This document shows, one piece after another, positions 9,743 to 19,142 of a stretch of 64,000 nucleotides of DNA. The stretch is from assembly GCA_018992685.1 (NCBI GenBank), contig JACVGT010000011.1:178094-242093 (forward strand), written 5' to 3'. The translations under genes were made by a program, and so were the position numbers. Under the pieces are notes generated by a model that was not told where the DNA came from, did not search any database, and saw nothing but the letters and a program-made list of their open reading frames with translations. Numbering within the stretch: position 1 is the stretch's first letter; each line of letters starts with the position of its first letter. The stretch is from Theionarchaea archaeon. GTDB lineage: Archaea > Methanobacteriota_B > Thermococci > Methanofastidiosales > SZ-28-30.

Positions 9743-11104
9743 ATGCACACCCCTGAAGACATTGTTGACTTTTGTGAAGAAAGAAACATCCGGCTCATAA
9801 AATTACAGTTTGCTGACCTCGTGGGAGAACTGAAACAATTCGAGGTTCCTCTCAAGATCTTTCCCAAGGCACTTGAAGAAGGACTGAGCTTTGACGGTTC
9901 ATCCGTCACGGGGATGAACCCCGTGGAGGAAAGTGACCTGGTGGTAAAACCTGATGTGTCCACGTTTATTGAACTGCCTCTGGCAAGACAGAATGGAAAA
10001 GAGAAAGACAGACCCCGGGTGGCCCGTGTCTTGTGCAACATCTATGAACCTCAAAATGGCAGCCTCACGCGACATCCAGGTGATCCTCGGTTTGTTTTAC
10101 AGAAGAATTTAGAATATGCTCTGAAAAAGGGATTCATCTACAATGTAGGCCCTGAGCTGGAATTCTTCATGTTCGAGCAGGATGGAGTCGCCAGGGTAAC
10201 AGACTCAGGCGGGTACTTTGCTTCACCCTTCAGAGACCGTGGTGAGCGTGTCAGGGAGCAGATTATTGGGATTCTCTCCGAGTTGGGCAACCAGACAGGG
10301 ATTGAGGCCGAGTATTCCCACCATGAGGCAGCCTTCTCGCAGCATGAGATTGATCTCAACTACGCAGAAGCACTGAAGATGGCAGATTTCACCATGTTAT
10401 ATAAGTGGATTGTGAAATTCATAGCAGAGCAGAGCGACATGGTGGCTACCTTCATGCCGAAGCCCATTGAAGGTATCAATGGCTCTGGCATGCATATCCA
10501 CCAGAGTCTGGCAAATGAGAAAGGGGATAACCTGTTCTTTGATTCCCGGAATGACTACGGGCTGTCAGATATTGCCAGGCAGTTTATTGCAGGACAGTTG
10601 AAATATGCACGTGAAATATGCGGCATTCTGGCCCAGTGGGTGAACTCATATAAGCGGCTTATCCCAAATTTTGAGGCCCCCACCTATGTCTCCTGGTCTG
10701 TAGTGAACAGGTCTGCTCTCATCAGGGTACCTTTGTCGTTGAAGAATAGAGAGAAAGCAGCAAGAGCAGAAATTCGGTGTGCAGATCCTGCGTGCAATCC
10801 GTACCTGGTCTTCGCTGTGCTGCTGAGGGCAGGGCTCAAAGGCATTGAGGAAGGATTGGAACTTGAAAGTCCCCAGAAAGACAATTTATACAACTTAGGA
10901 TATCAAGAGCGGAAAAAACGGGGCATCATAGATTTGCCGGGAAGCCTGGGAGAAGCCATCAGAGAAGTTGAAAAGTCAGAGCTTGTCAGACAGGTACTGG
11001 GAGGGGTTATCATGGATAACTGGATCGCCCTGAAGGCGGAGGAATGGGCCAACTACAGAAAGAAAGTCCATCCATATGAGTTAGAGGTATACTACCACCT
11101 CTGA
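9743..11104 (+). CDS. glnA: Glutamine synthetase type I
   Basis: FDGSS, GPELEFF, HHE, TFMPKP, NGSGMHIHQSL, NRSALIRVP and EIRCAD motifs. Confidence 0.93.
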   Translation: MHTPEDIVDFCEERNIRLIKLQFADLVGELKQFEVPLKIFPKALEEGLSFDGSSVTGMNPVEESDLVVKPDVSTFIELPLARQNGKEKDRPRVARVLCNIYEPQNGSLTRHPGDPRFVLQKNLEYALKKGFIYNVGPELEFFMFEQDGVARVTDSGGYFASPFRDRGERVREQIIGILSELGNQTGIEAEYSHHEAAFSQHEIDLNYAEALKMADFTMLYKWIVKFIAEQSDMVATFMPKPIEGINGSGMHIHQSLANEKGDNLFFDSRNDYGLSDIARQFIAGQLKYAREICGILAQWVNSYKRLIPNFEAPTYVSWSVVNRSALIRVPLSLKNREKAARAEIRCADPACNPYLVFAVLLRAGLKGIEEGLELESPQKDNLYNLGYQERKKRGIIDLPGSLGEAIREVEKSELVRQVLGGVIMDNWIALKAEEWANYRKKVHPYELEVYYHL

Positions 11105-11258
11105 TCTTCTTTTTTCGGATCTTCCTTTATCAATGCTTCCCACTCCTTCTTTCTGGTTTACACATTGTAGGACAGACCCAACCCTTAAGAAGTATCTACT
11201 CTTATGACTAACAGAGATCAAAATCGAGAATTTCCTTTGAAATAACGGAGGTGATGGA

Positions 11259-11759
11259 ATGAGTCATAATATCCGCTGTGAAACGGCACAGAGTCAACCA
11301 GAAGAGTGCGAATGCAGATGCAATGGGGAGTACCATGGCATACACAGACGGGACCTACCTGAGAGAGCTCAATTCGTGAACAGGAAAATGGGTGGAGGAC
11401 TGGGAAGGATCATTCAGACCTTGAACAGGAGAAAGTTGGTGATGGCGTGCGGCATCCAGATAGAAATGGTTCTCTTCATTGGAATCGAAGATGAAGAGGG
11501 CATTCTGGATGGAGCTGGAAGGAAATGGGCAGTATACAGTAAGTGTCGATATCTGGTTGAAGGGAAATGCAGGAAGTTAGGAAAGACTCCCCGCAATACG
11601 GCAGAATGCAAACCTGTCATCGTTGCGCCAACCTCATCAGGGATAGCTCAAATAGACCGCCTGAGCCTTGTGGAGATAAGCATCATCTGCTTTCTGTCGG
11701 CCAGGAGGGTATGGGAGTTCGAAAGCCCTGTGGAATCCATAGTGGTAGGCACAGAGTAA
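11259..11759 (+). CDS. Hypothetical Cys-rich protein
   Basis: SD GGAGGTGAT; N-terminal CxxAxxxxxxCECRCNGEYHG putative metal site. Confidence 0.65.
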   Translation: MSHNIRCETAQSQPEECECRCNGEYHGIHRRDLPERAQFVNRKMGGGLGRIIQTLNRRKLVMACGIQIEMVLFIGIEDEEGILDGAGRKWAVYSKCRYLVEGKCRKLGKTPRNTAECKPVIVAPTSSGIAQIDRLSLVEISIICFLSARRVWEFESPVESIVVGTE

Positions 11760-11798
11760 CAGAACCACCTTTAAAAGTGTTCCATGCAACAGGGAGTG

Positions 11799-12977
11799 AT
11801 GCATGTTTTTGGGTTTGTCGTTAATCCCATTGCTGGAATGGGTGGACGTGTTGGACTGAAAGGAACAGATAATGTGGTAGAAGAGGCAATTGAAAGAGGT
11901 GCAGAGCCTGTCTCAGGAGAAAGGGCACTTCGTATGCTGAAAGTGCTAGTAAGGGCACGCAATGAGTGCAAGAGAGAACTTCCCATTACCTGGGTTACTG
12001 TCTCCGGGAACATGGGAGCAGCCCTTCTCGAGGAGGCAGGCTTTTCTTCACAGGAGTACACAGTTCTCCATGAATGTGCGGACATCACGACGAGGGAAGA
12101 TACAAAGAAGGCTTGCAGAGAATTTCAGACCCATAATGCAGAATTAATAGTATTCTGTGGAGGGGATGGGACAGCACGAGACATATTTGAGGTGGTAGAT
12201 GCTGAAACTCCTGTTGTGGGCATCCCGGCAGGAGTAAAAATGCATTCTGGCGTCTTTGGGGTCAATCCAGAAAGTGTAGCTGAAGTGATTCTCGCCTTTG
12301 TAGAGGGGAATTTGGGACTCAGCGAAGTGGAGATTATGGATTTGGATGAGATAGCATATCGTAAAGGAGAATGGAGAATAGACCTGCATGGTATTGCTGT
12401 TACTCCATTTGAAGATAGTTATATACAGAGTGCCAAGATGATGGTTCGCGGGCCTTCAGAAGAAGAATTGAAAAAGGAAATTGCAGAGTATCTGCTAGAA
12501 TTGATGGAGGAGGACACCTTATATATCCTGGGTTCGGGGAGCACTCTGAGAACTGTCGGTGAGGAACTGGGCATCGATAAGACTCTCCTGGGGATAGATG
12601 CTGTGGTCAATAGGACGTTGATCGGGAAGGACGTCAATGAAAAGGAATTGCTACGCCTCCTTGGAGAGTATGATCGTTCCACACTGATTGTCAGTCCCAT
12701 TGGAGCACAGGGATTCATACTGGGTAGAGGAAACCAGCAGTTAAGTCCAGCAGTTATAAAGAAAATTGGCATCGACAGAATCATGGTGGTTGCCACCCCC
12801 ACCAAGCTCCAACAAACAGAAGCTTTGAGAGTGGACACCAATGATTCAGACCTGGATAGAGCATTTTCAGAGAAGAAATACTTCAGAGTTATTACAGGAT
12901 ACCACACCATGGCTGTACGGAATGTCGAGGTTCAGGTAGCCAGGAGATCTCTTGAGAAACGTGGTGGGATTTTCTGA
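11799..12977 (+). CDS. ATP-NAD kinase family protein
   Basis: VNPIAGMGGRVGLKGTD, GGDGTARD, GVKMHS and GRGNQQ motifs. Confidence 0.9.
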   Translation: MHVFGFVVNPIAGMGGRVGLKGTDNVVEEAIERGAEPVSGERALRMLKVLVRARNECKRELPITWVTVSGNMGAALLEEAGFSSQEYTVLHECADITTREDTKKACREFQTHNAELIVFCGGDGTARDIFEVVDAETPVVGIPAGVKMHSGVFGVNPESVAEVILAFVEGNLGLSEVEIMDLDEIAYRKGEWRIDLHGIAVTPFEDSYIQSAKMMVRGPSEEELKKEIAEYLLELMEEDTLYILGSGSTLRTVGEELGIDKTLLGIDAVVNRTLIGKDVNEKELLRLLGEYDRSTLIVSPIGAQGFILGRGNQQLSPAVIKKIGIDRIMVVATPTKLQQTEALRVDTNDSDLDRAFSEKKYFRVITGYHTMAVRNVEVQVARRSLEKRGGIF

Positions 12978-13146
12978 ATCCTGGTCGTCGCCCTGTTCTT
13001 CTTTCGTGTTCAATGCTACCATTCTCGTGAACTCGCCATCTGATCTAAGACGACACCCCTTGTGAGGACGGTTCAGTTTCGCGCGCCACATGCAACCTTA
13101 AATACCTGTGTGTTGTAAGGTGTATAACTTATGCAGGAGGAATAAA

Positions 13147-14190
13147 ATGAAAGACACAATGCTGGCTGTCTTCAAAACCAACCCCGAGCCAGGAGGAACA
13201 GAAATCAGAGAGGTGCCAGTCCCTATCGTGGGAGCACGTGATGTTCTCATCAAGGTCAAAGCATGTTCTATTTGTGGAACAGATGTGCACATCTATAACT
13301 GGGACCAGTGGGCGCAGAAACGGATCACTCCTCCGCTCCTGTATGGTCATGAGTTTGGAGGAGAAGTCGTTGAAATCGGAAGTGATGTCACGACTGTTCA
13401 GGTGGGTGATTATGTCTCAGCAGAATCCCATATTTTCTGTGGTTCATGTTACAACTGTAGAATGCAACAGCGCCACATCTGCTCAAACCTGCAGATCCTG
13501 GGTGTGGACACGTCAGGCATTTTTGCTGAATATGCTCGGATACCTGCCCAAAATATATGGAAGAACGATCCTGATTTGCCCATTGAGTATGCGAGTGTAC
13601 AGGACCCACTGGGAAATGCGGTGCATACCGTATTCGCGGCAGACGTCCCGGGGAGAAATGTGGTTATCCTGGGATGTGGGCCCATCGGGGTTTTCGCCAC
13701 TGCAATCTGCCACACGATTGGTGCAGCTCAGATTTTTGCCACCGAGGCGAAGTATAAGTACCGGGCAGACATTGCAGAAAAAGTCGGTGCAGATCAAGTT
13801 TTCTTTGGTGATGTGGATGTGCATGCTGGAGTGATGGAAGCTACCGATGGAGTGGGTGCAGATGTGGTTTTGGAATTCACAGGAAGTCCTGCTGCTGTCA
13901 ATCAGGGACTCAAACTCCTGAGACCAGGAGGGACTATAGTGCTGCTGGGAGTATTTTCAAAAGAATTCACCACTGATCTCACTGATAACGTGGTTTTCAA
14001 GTATGTTACGGTCCAGGGAATTACCGGGCGCCTGGTCTGGGATACCTGGTACAGAATGCGGGGCTTATTCAAAGCGGGGCTCAACGTGGATCCCGTGATA
14101 ACCCATACCTTTAAGTTTGAGGAGTTTTTCGAAGCAATGGAGGTCATGAGATCGGGAAACTCCGGAAAAGTCGTTCTATATATGGAATAA
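13147..14190 (+). CDS. tdh: L-threonine 3-dehydrogenase
   Basis: CGTDVHIYNWDQW, GHE, zinc cysteines, GCGPIG, GITGR; adjacent to kbl. Confidence 0.92.
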   Translation: MKDTMLAVFKTNPEPGGTEIREVPVPIVGARDVLIKVKACSICGTDVHIYNWDQWAQKRITPPLLYGHEFGGEVVEIGSDVTTVQVGDYVSAESHIFCGSCYNCRMQQRHICSNLQILGVDTSGIFAEYARIPAQNIWKNDPDLPIEYASVQDPLGNAVHTVFAADVPGRNVVILGCGPIGVFATAICHTIGAAQIFATEAKYKYRADIAEKVGADQVFFGDVDVHAGVMEATDGVGADVVLEFTGSPAAVNQGLKLLRPGGTIVLLGVFSKEFTTDLTDNVVFKYVTVQGITGRLVWDTWYRMRGLFKAGLNVDPVITHTFKFEEFFEAMEVMRSGNSGKVVLYME

Positions 14191-14203
14191 AGGAGGATAT
14201 CCT

Positions 14204-15391
14204 ATGAAAAGAAATCCAACAGTATTCTTGAGAGAAGAATACCAGAACCTAGTAGAACAAAACTTAAACTGGAAATTACGAGTTCTGGAAGGACCTTCTG
14301 CTCCCCTCTCTGTGGTAGAAGGAAAGAAGGTTATTATGCTGTGTTCCAACAACTACCTGAATTTGTCCAACCATCCCAACCTGAAAAAAGCTGCCAAGGA
14401 GATTATTGACACACACGGCGCGGGATCGGGGTCAGTGCGGGCCATCGCGGGGACCATGGACATTCATATGGAGGTGGAGAAAGCTCTGGCGAGATTCAAG
14501 AGAACCGAAGCCGCTCTGGTATACCAGACAGGGTTTGCAGCTAATTCAGGGCTCATTCCCCAGCTGGTGGATAAGGGAGATTTAATCATATCCGATGAGT
14601 TGAACCACGGGTCCATCATTGATGGAGTTCGGCTCTCTGCAGCTGACAGAGCGATTTTCAAACACAGGGACTATAGCAATTTGGAGGACGTGTTGAACGA
14701 GGCTGAAAAGGAAGCCTACAGACGAATATTGATCATCACGGACGGTGTTTTCTCCATGGATGGAGATGTTGCCAGAATGGATGCAATAGTGAACCTGGCA
14801 GAAGAACATGGTGCCATGACCTATGTGGATGATGCTCACGGGGAAGGAGTTCTTGGCGAGAACGGCAGAGGAATTGGCGCTCACTACAATCTGGAAGGGA
14901 AGATCCATGTGGAAATGGGGACCTTCTCAAAGGCATATGGTGTGGTGGGTGGCCTCATTGCAGGAAGCCGTGATTTGGTGAATTTCGCCTTCAATAAGTC
15001 CAGGACCTGGCTATTGTCTGCCTCTCATCCTCCCCAAGTGGCTGCAGCTCAACTGGCAGCCATTCAGATATTGGAATCTGAGCCCGAGCACTGGAAAAGA
15101 CTGTGGAATAATACCACATATTTCAAGAAAGAGTTGAAGAGCATGGGCTTCGACACCGGTCAATCAGAGACTCCCATTACTCCTGTTATTGTGGGGGAAT
15201 CCAGCGTTGCCAAAGCATTGTCTGACAAACTTTTCGAGAACGGTGTATTCGCGTTACCCATTGTGTTCCCCATGGTGGCCAAGGACAAGGCCCGCATCAG
15301 GACCATGATGAATGCAGGTCTAACCGATGAGGACTTGAACGACGCTCTGCGAGCCTTTGAAACGTGTGGAAAAGAATTGAAGATCGTGTAA
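14204..15391 (+). CDS. kbl: 2-amino-3-ketobutyrate CoA ligase (glycine C-acetyltransferase)
   Basis: SNNYL, DGVFSMDGD, DDAH and GTFSKA PLP motifs; operon with tdh. Confidence 0.85.
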   Translation: MKRNPTVFLREEYQNLVEQNLNWKLRVLEGPSAPLSVVEGKKVIMLCSNNYLNLSNHPNLKKAAKEIIDTHGAGSGSVRAIAGTMDIHMEVEKALARFKRTEAALVYQTGFAANSGLIPQLVDKGDLIISDELNHGSIIDGVRLSAADRAIFKHRDYSNLEDVLNEAEKEAYRRILIITDGVFSMDGDVARMDAIVNLAEEHGAMTYVDDAHGEGVLGENGRGIGAHYNLEGKIHVEMGTFSKAYGVVGGLIAGSRDLVNFAFNKSRTWLLSASHPPQVAAAQLAAIQILESEPEHWKRLWNNTTYFKKELKSMGFDTGQSETPITPVIVGESSVAKALSDKLFENGVFALPIVFPMVAKDKARIRTMMNAGLTDEDLNDALRAFETCGKELKIV

Positions 15392-15558
15392 CTGATCTCT
15401 TTTTTCTCTTTTGTTCAGGTTCCTGTTTATGCTCAAAGCGAACAGAATTCAGGATAACACAGTTATTTGGGAGACGTGCCGGCAAATAGCAGCTTTTGAG
15501 GGCCATAACATTTTTAAGGATAAAGGTCTTGGATTTCATACTCCAACGACGTGATATA

Positions 15559-15930
15559 ATGGTCTTCCTGGCAAGAATCATGAGCCCGAACCCGGGCTCA
15601 GAGGAGTTAGAATCACTTATTAGAGACATGGAACCTAGAAGGGTCACCGGCGTGCTCAGAGTTACATTTGATGCATGTTCTGGATTTATTGCTCTTGAGA
15701 ATGGCAGTATTGTGGACGGATATGAAATATACAGAGATGGACTTCTGGTGAGGGACAGGCAGGCACGCCACATTGTGGAGCGGTTCAGGGGAGAGCCTGG
15801 CAGGATTGACGTCTACCCTGTGAACTCTCATGTCCTTCAGACGTTTCTTTCTACACTGGAAGATGATCTTCCTCAGAATTTCAGGAGCTGGTTTCAATCT
15901 CTGTTCAACTCCTGCAATGACACTAATTAA
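15559..15930 (+). CDS. DUF2226/PATAN-like hypothetical protein
   Basis: TGVLRV...GFIALENGSIV...GRIDVY pattern. Confidence 0.55.
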   Translation: MVFLARIMSPNPGSEELESLIRDMEPRRVTGVLRVTFDACSGFIALENGSIVDGYEIYRDGLLVRDRQARHIVERFRGEPGRIDVYPVNSHVLQTFLSTLEDDLPQNFRSWFQSLFNSCNDTN

Positions 15931-16084
15931 CGAGGGCAACGTCATCTCTCAGGTCCCACTTCCTCCTTCTCTCTTTTCCTCTTCCTCTCGAGGGGATGCA
16001 GGTGTCACCCCTCAATCATGTAGAGGGATGATCTACCTCATTGTCCAGAGGAATGCTTAAATATCCTGCCATATTCTCTCACGT

Positions 16085-16927
16085 ATGAATGTGGTCTTCT
16101 CGCCTCGATGCCTGGAATTCAAGTCCCCTGGTCACCCCGAGTCACCGGAACGTGTACGAAAGACATATGAACTCCTCACACAAAAGGACTATTCGTTTGT
16201 CGAACCTTCACCCTGTACAGAACAGGATCTCCTTCTGGTTCATTCTCCAGAACTTGTGAGAAGTGTTAAGAACAATGACTTTTACAACTGGGACTCTCCC
16301 AACCTCCCTCACATCTATGATTTTGCTGTCTTATCTGCAGGAGGGTCAGTGACAGCCATGGAATTATCCCTTTCCGAGGGAAGGAGTTTTTCGCTGATGC
16401 GTCCTCCTGGACATCACGTTTCACGAGAAAGCCTGGGCGGATTCTGTTATTTCAATAATGTGGCCATTGCTGTGGCCAAGGCCCTGACCACGCTCGATAG
16501 GGTGGCAATACTGGATTTTGACTGTCATCATGGAAATGGAACCCAGGCCATTTTTTTGGGAAATCCAGCCGTCCTCTACATATCGTGGCATCAAATCCAC
16601 ATATATCCCGGAACAGGTCACCAAAGTCAATCGAATTGCATAAACTTTCCATTGAATGCAGGAGCCGACCACAACGATTTCATGGCCCTATTTGAGAAAG
16701 GATGTAAGAAAACACTTGAATTTAACCCTGACCTCATAGCAGTATCTGCTGGGTTTGATGGATACATAGGAGATCCTCTGTCCATGTTGAGATTCCAGCA
16801 GAAAACATATGAGGAGATCGGTGAAAGGGTCAAATCCGTTGGATGTCCCAGTTTCGCTGTACTGGAAGGAGGATATGGTGGAGAACTCCCCCTCTGTGTA
16901 CACAAATTCCTGCAGGGCTACTTCTAG
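16085..16927 (+). CDS. Histone deacetylase family protein
   Basis: HPESPER, RPPGHH, GFCYFNN, DFDCHHGNGT, SAGFD and LEGGY motifs. Confidence 0.93.
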   Translation: MNVVFSPRCLEFKSPGHPESPERVRKTYELLTQKDYSFVEPSPCTEQDLLLVHSPELVRSVKNNDFYNWDSPNLPHIYDFAVLSAGGSVTAMELSLSEGRSFSLMRPPGHHVSRESLGGFCYFNNVAIAVAKALTTLDRVAILDFDCHHGNGTQAIFLGNPAVLYISWHQIHIYPGTGHQSQSNCINFPLNAGADHNDFMALFEKGCKKTLEFNPDLIAVSAGFDGYIGDPLSMLRFQQKTYEEIGERVKSVGCPSFAVLEGGYGGELPLCVHKFLQGYF

Positions 16928-17007
16928 TTGCGGGTTCTTTTTCCTGGTGTTCAACTTCACTCCACACGCCAGCCATAACCTTATATCCTCATGAGCTAAA
17001 CCTTCGC

Positions 17008-17388
17008 ATGATTGAAGGTGACGAGCAGCTGTGCATTGGGTGCAGAGCATGCGAAATTGTATGCGCCATTTCCCTCTTTGGCGAAAGTAATCCGGAAAAG
17101 TCTGCTGTCAGAATCACTACTGAGCCAGACAGTACTGTCATGATCACTGTCTGCAACCAATGCGGCGAGTGTGAAAAGGCGTGTCCGGAAGGTGCCATCT
17201 ACCTAGAAGATGACATAGTGAAGATTAACAACAGGTGCACGGGGTGTTATGTCTGTGTCGAATCCTGTCCTGCAGGTGCTCTTTTCACGCACAGCGATGT
17301 TCTGGAACCTATCAAATGCACTCACTGCCTCAGATGTGTGGAATCGTGCCCGGTTAATGCGTTGTATGTACTCTCTCTTGAGCGGTGA
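17008..17388 (+). CDS. 4Fe-4S polyferredoxin-type protein
   Basis: Four CxxCxxCxxxC motifs. Confidence 0.9.
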   Translation: MIEGDEQLCIGCRACEIVCAISLFGESNPEKSAVRITTEPDSTVMITVCNQCGECEKACPEGAIYLEDDIVKINNRCTGCYVCVESCPAGALFTHSDVLEPIKCTHCLRCVESCPVNALYVLSLER

Positions 17389-17607
17389 CCCAGGATCTGG
17401 TCCCCTTTGATCTAGGATTGACCTAGGATCTATCTTCCATGCCCCAGGTGACAAAATATATATCAGGTAGTTCCATGTCGTGGAAGTCGTATCTTGTATG
17501 ATGCTTCTCTGAGACTCAGAAATCCTCTTGTTTTGATATCTCTGGACGAAGACACTCAAATCTTACCTTTGACAACCTTTATAAGAGACCTTTTCCACAA
17601 CAATGTA

Positions 17608-18732
17608 ATGAGACGCAAGGAAATTAAGGATATTCTCCTCTATGATGAAACATTGATCAAAAATGATCGGGTTTTTGATCCAGAGTACACGCCAGATCGG
17701 TTTGGGTTCAGAGACTCCCAACTGCAGCAAATCACCTACAATTTGAGGCGTGGAATCATGGGAGGGAGCCCGGTAAACTCCTTGATTTTGGGTCCTTGCG
17801 GCACAGGGAAAACTACTTCTGTGAAATTGGTGTTTGACGAAGTGGAACAGTCTTCAGATAAGATCGTCCCTGTGTACATCAACTGTCAGTTCAACAGCAC
17901 ACCCTTCCAGATTTTCGCCCAGATCTACAAGAAGGTGGTTGGACATCTCCCTCCTGAGACGGGGGTTCCCCTGGCCAGAATTCAAAATGAGATCATGAAG
18001 AAACTGCAGAGAGAAGGCAAATGCCTGGTGGTAGCTTTGGATGACATTGACCACCTCTTCTATGATAAGTATGCCAATGATATTCTGTATGATATCTTGA
18101 GAGCCCATGAGAAGTACACTGGAGTGAGGACAGGCGTCATTGGCATTTTGTCTGAGAATGAATTCCGATTCGTGCTGGCAACCAAAGTGCATACCGTCTT
18201 CCATCCCAGCGAGATCTTCTTTGATCCTTATACTCGCAGTCAGATCTATGAGATTCTCAGAGATAGGATGCTCCATGGCTTGGTGGAAAATGTTCTATCA
18301 GATGAACTGCTCTCATACATTACGGGTCTGACATTGGATGCTGGAGACCTGCGTGTGGGAATTGAACTCATGTACCGCAGTGCTCTGGAAGCTGAGGCAG
18401 ACGGTTCCAGAAAAATCTCGCAGGAGCATGCGGATCGAGCCCACGCGGCTGAAGCCAGGACTATCCATCTCAAGCGCATACTCCAGGGATTGTCTCCCGT
18501 TGAGAAGGCACTGCTCAAGATGCTAGCTGAAAACCAGGGAGAAATGTTGTCCAAGCAATTATATACCCTCTTCGAGGACAGAACAGGGCACAAACTGAAG
18601 AAGTATAACGCAGTCGTGGGGAAGCTGGAAGCCTTGCGCCTGGTGGATGCACCCTATGTGAAAAAAGTGGGACGTTCTCGAAGAATAATCTCGAGATATG
18701 ACGAAAATGACATCATACGATATCTGAAATAG
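17608..18732 (+). CDS. cdc6: Orc1/Cdc6 family replication initiation protein
   Basis: GPCGTGKT Walker A, VYINC, ALDDID Walker B, GDLR sensor, C-terminal wHTH. Confidence 0.92.
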   Translation: MRRKEIKDILLYDETLIKNDRVFDPEYTPDRFGFRDSQLQQITYNLRRGIMGGSPVNSLILGPCGTGKTTSVKLVFDEVEQSSDKIVPVYINCQFNSTPFQIFAQIYKKVVGHLPPETGVPLARIQNEIMKKLQREGKCLVVALDDIDHLFYDKYANDILYDILRAHEKYTGVRTGVIGILSENEFRFVLATKVHTVFHPSEIFFDPYTRSQIYEILRDRMLHGLVENVLSDELLSYITGLTLDAGDLRVGIELMYRSALEAEADGSRKISQEHADRAHAAEARTIHLKRILQGLSPVEKALLKMLAENQGEMLSKQLYTLFEDRTGHKLKKYNAVVGKLEALRLVDAPYVKKVGRSRRIISRYDENDIIRYLK

Positions 18733-18846
18733 ATTATTCTCAGTATACAGGTATCACGTTCTGCCGATGTCGGTTTCTTCCTTGCTTTTCATCCCGTGCG
18801 ACTGTTGAGGGGATAATTTTATATACGTGTAGTACGTAGGGGAAAC

Positions 18847-19068
18847 ATGGAAGACTGGGATCGGATGGTTTCCTCCATGAAGGAGAAGATCATGGAGGGA
18901 GATACAACCCCTGTAGAATACCTGGACAAGACCATCACTTTCTTCAGGGAGAACTACCACAGGGACCCCCAGCCCGCACTGCTGTGGAACTTGATAGCCT
19001 TGAGGGACGAGCTTATTCGACTGAAAGAGACATACAAGACCATTCGGGAGATTGAGGGTGGAGAGTAG
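18847..19068 (+). CDS. Small helical hypothetical protein (73 aa)
   Basis: TTTTATATA box and purine-rich SD upstream; protein-like composition. Confidence 0.65.
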   Translation: MEDWDRMVSSMKEKIMEGDTTPVEYLDKTITFFRENYHRDPQPALLWNLIALRDELIRLKETYKTIREIEGGE

Positions 19069-19142
19069 CACGGCAGCCTGAACGCAGAGGATAACCTTTC
19101 TTCTTCTGTAAAAGAGCAATATACTTGTATCAATGTGGAACT

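Noticed and set aside
17389-17607. Replication origin upstream of cdc6
   Set aside because: No canonical ORB repeats with G-strings or extended AT-rich unwinding element; kept only as a weak finding
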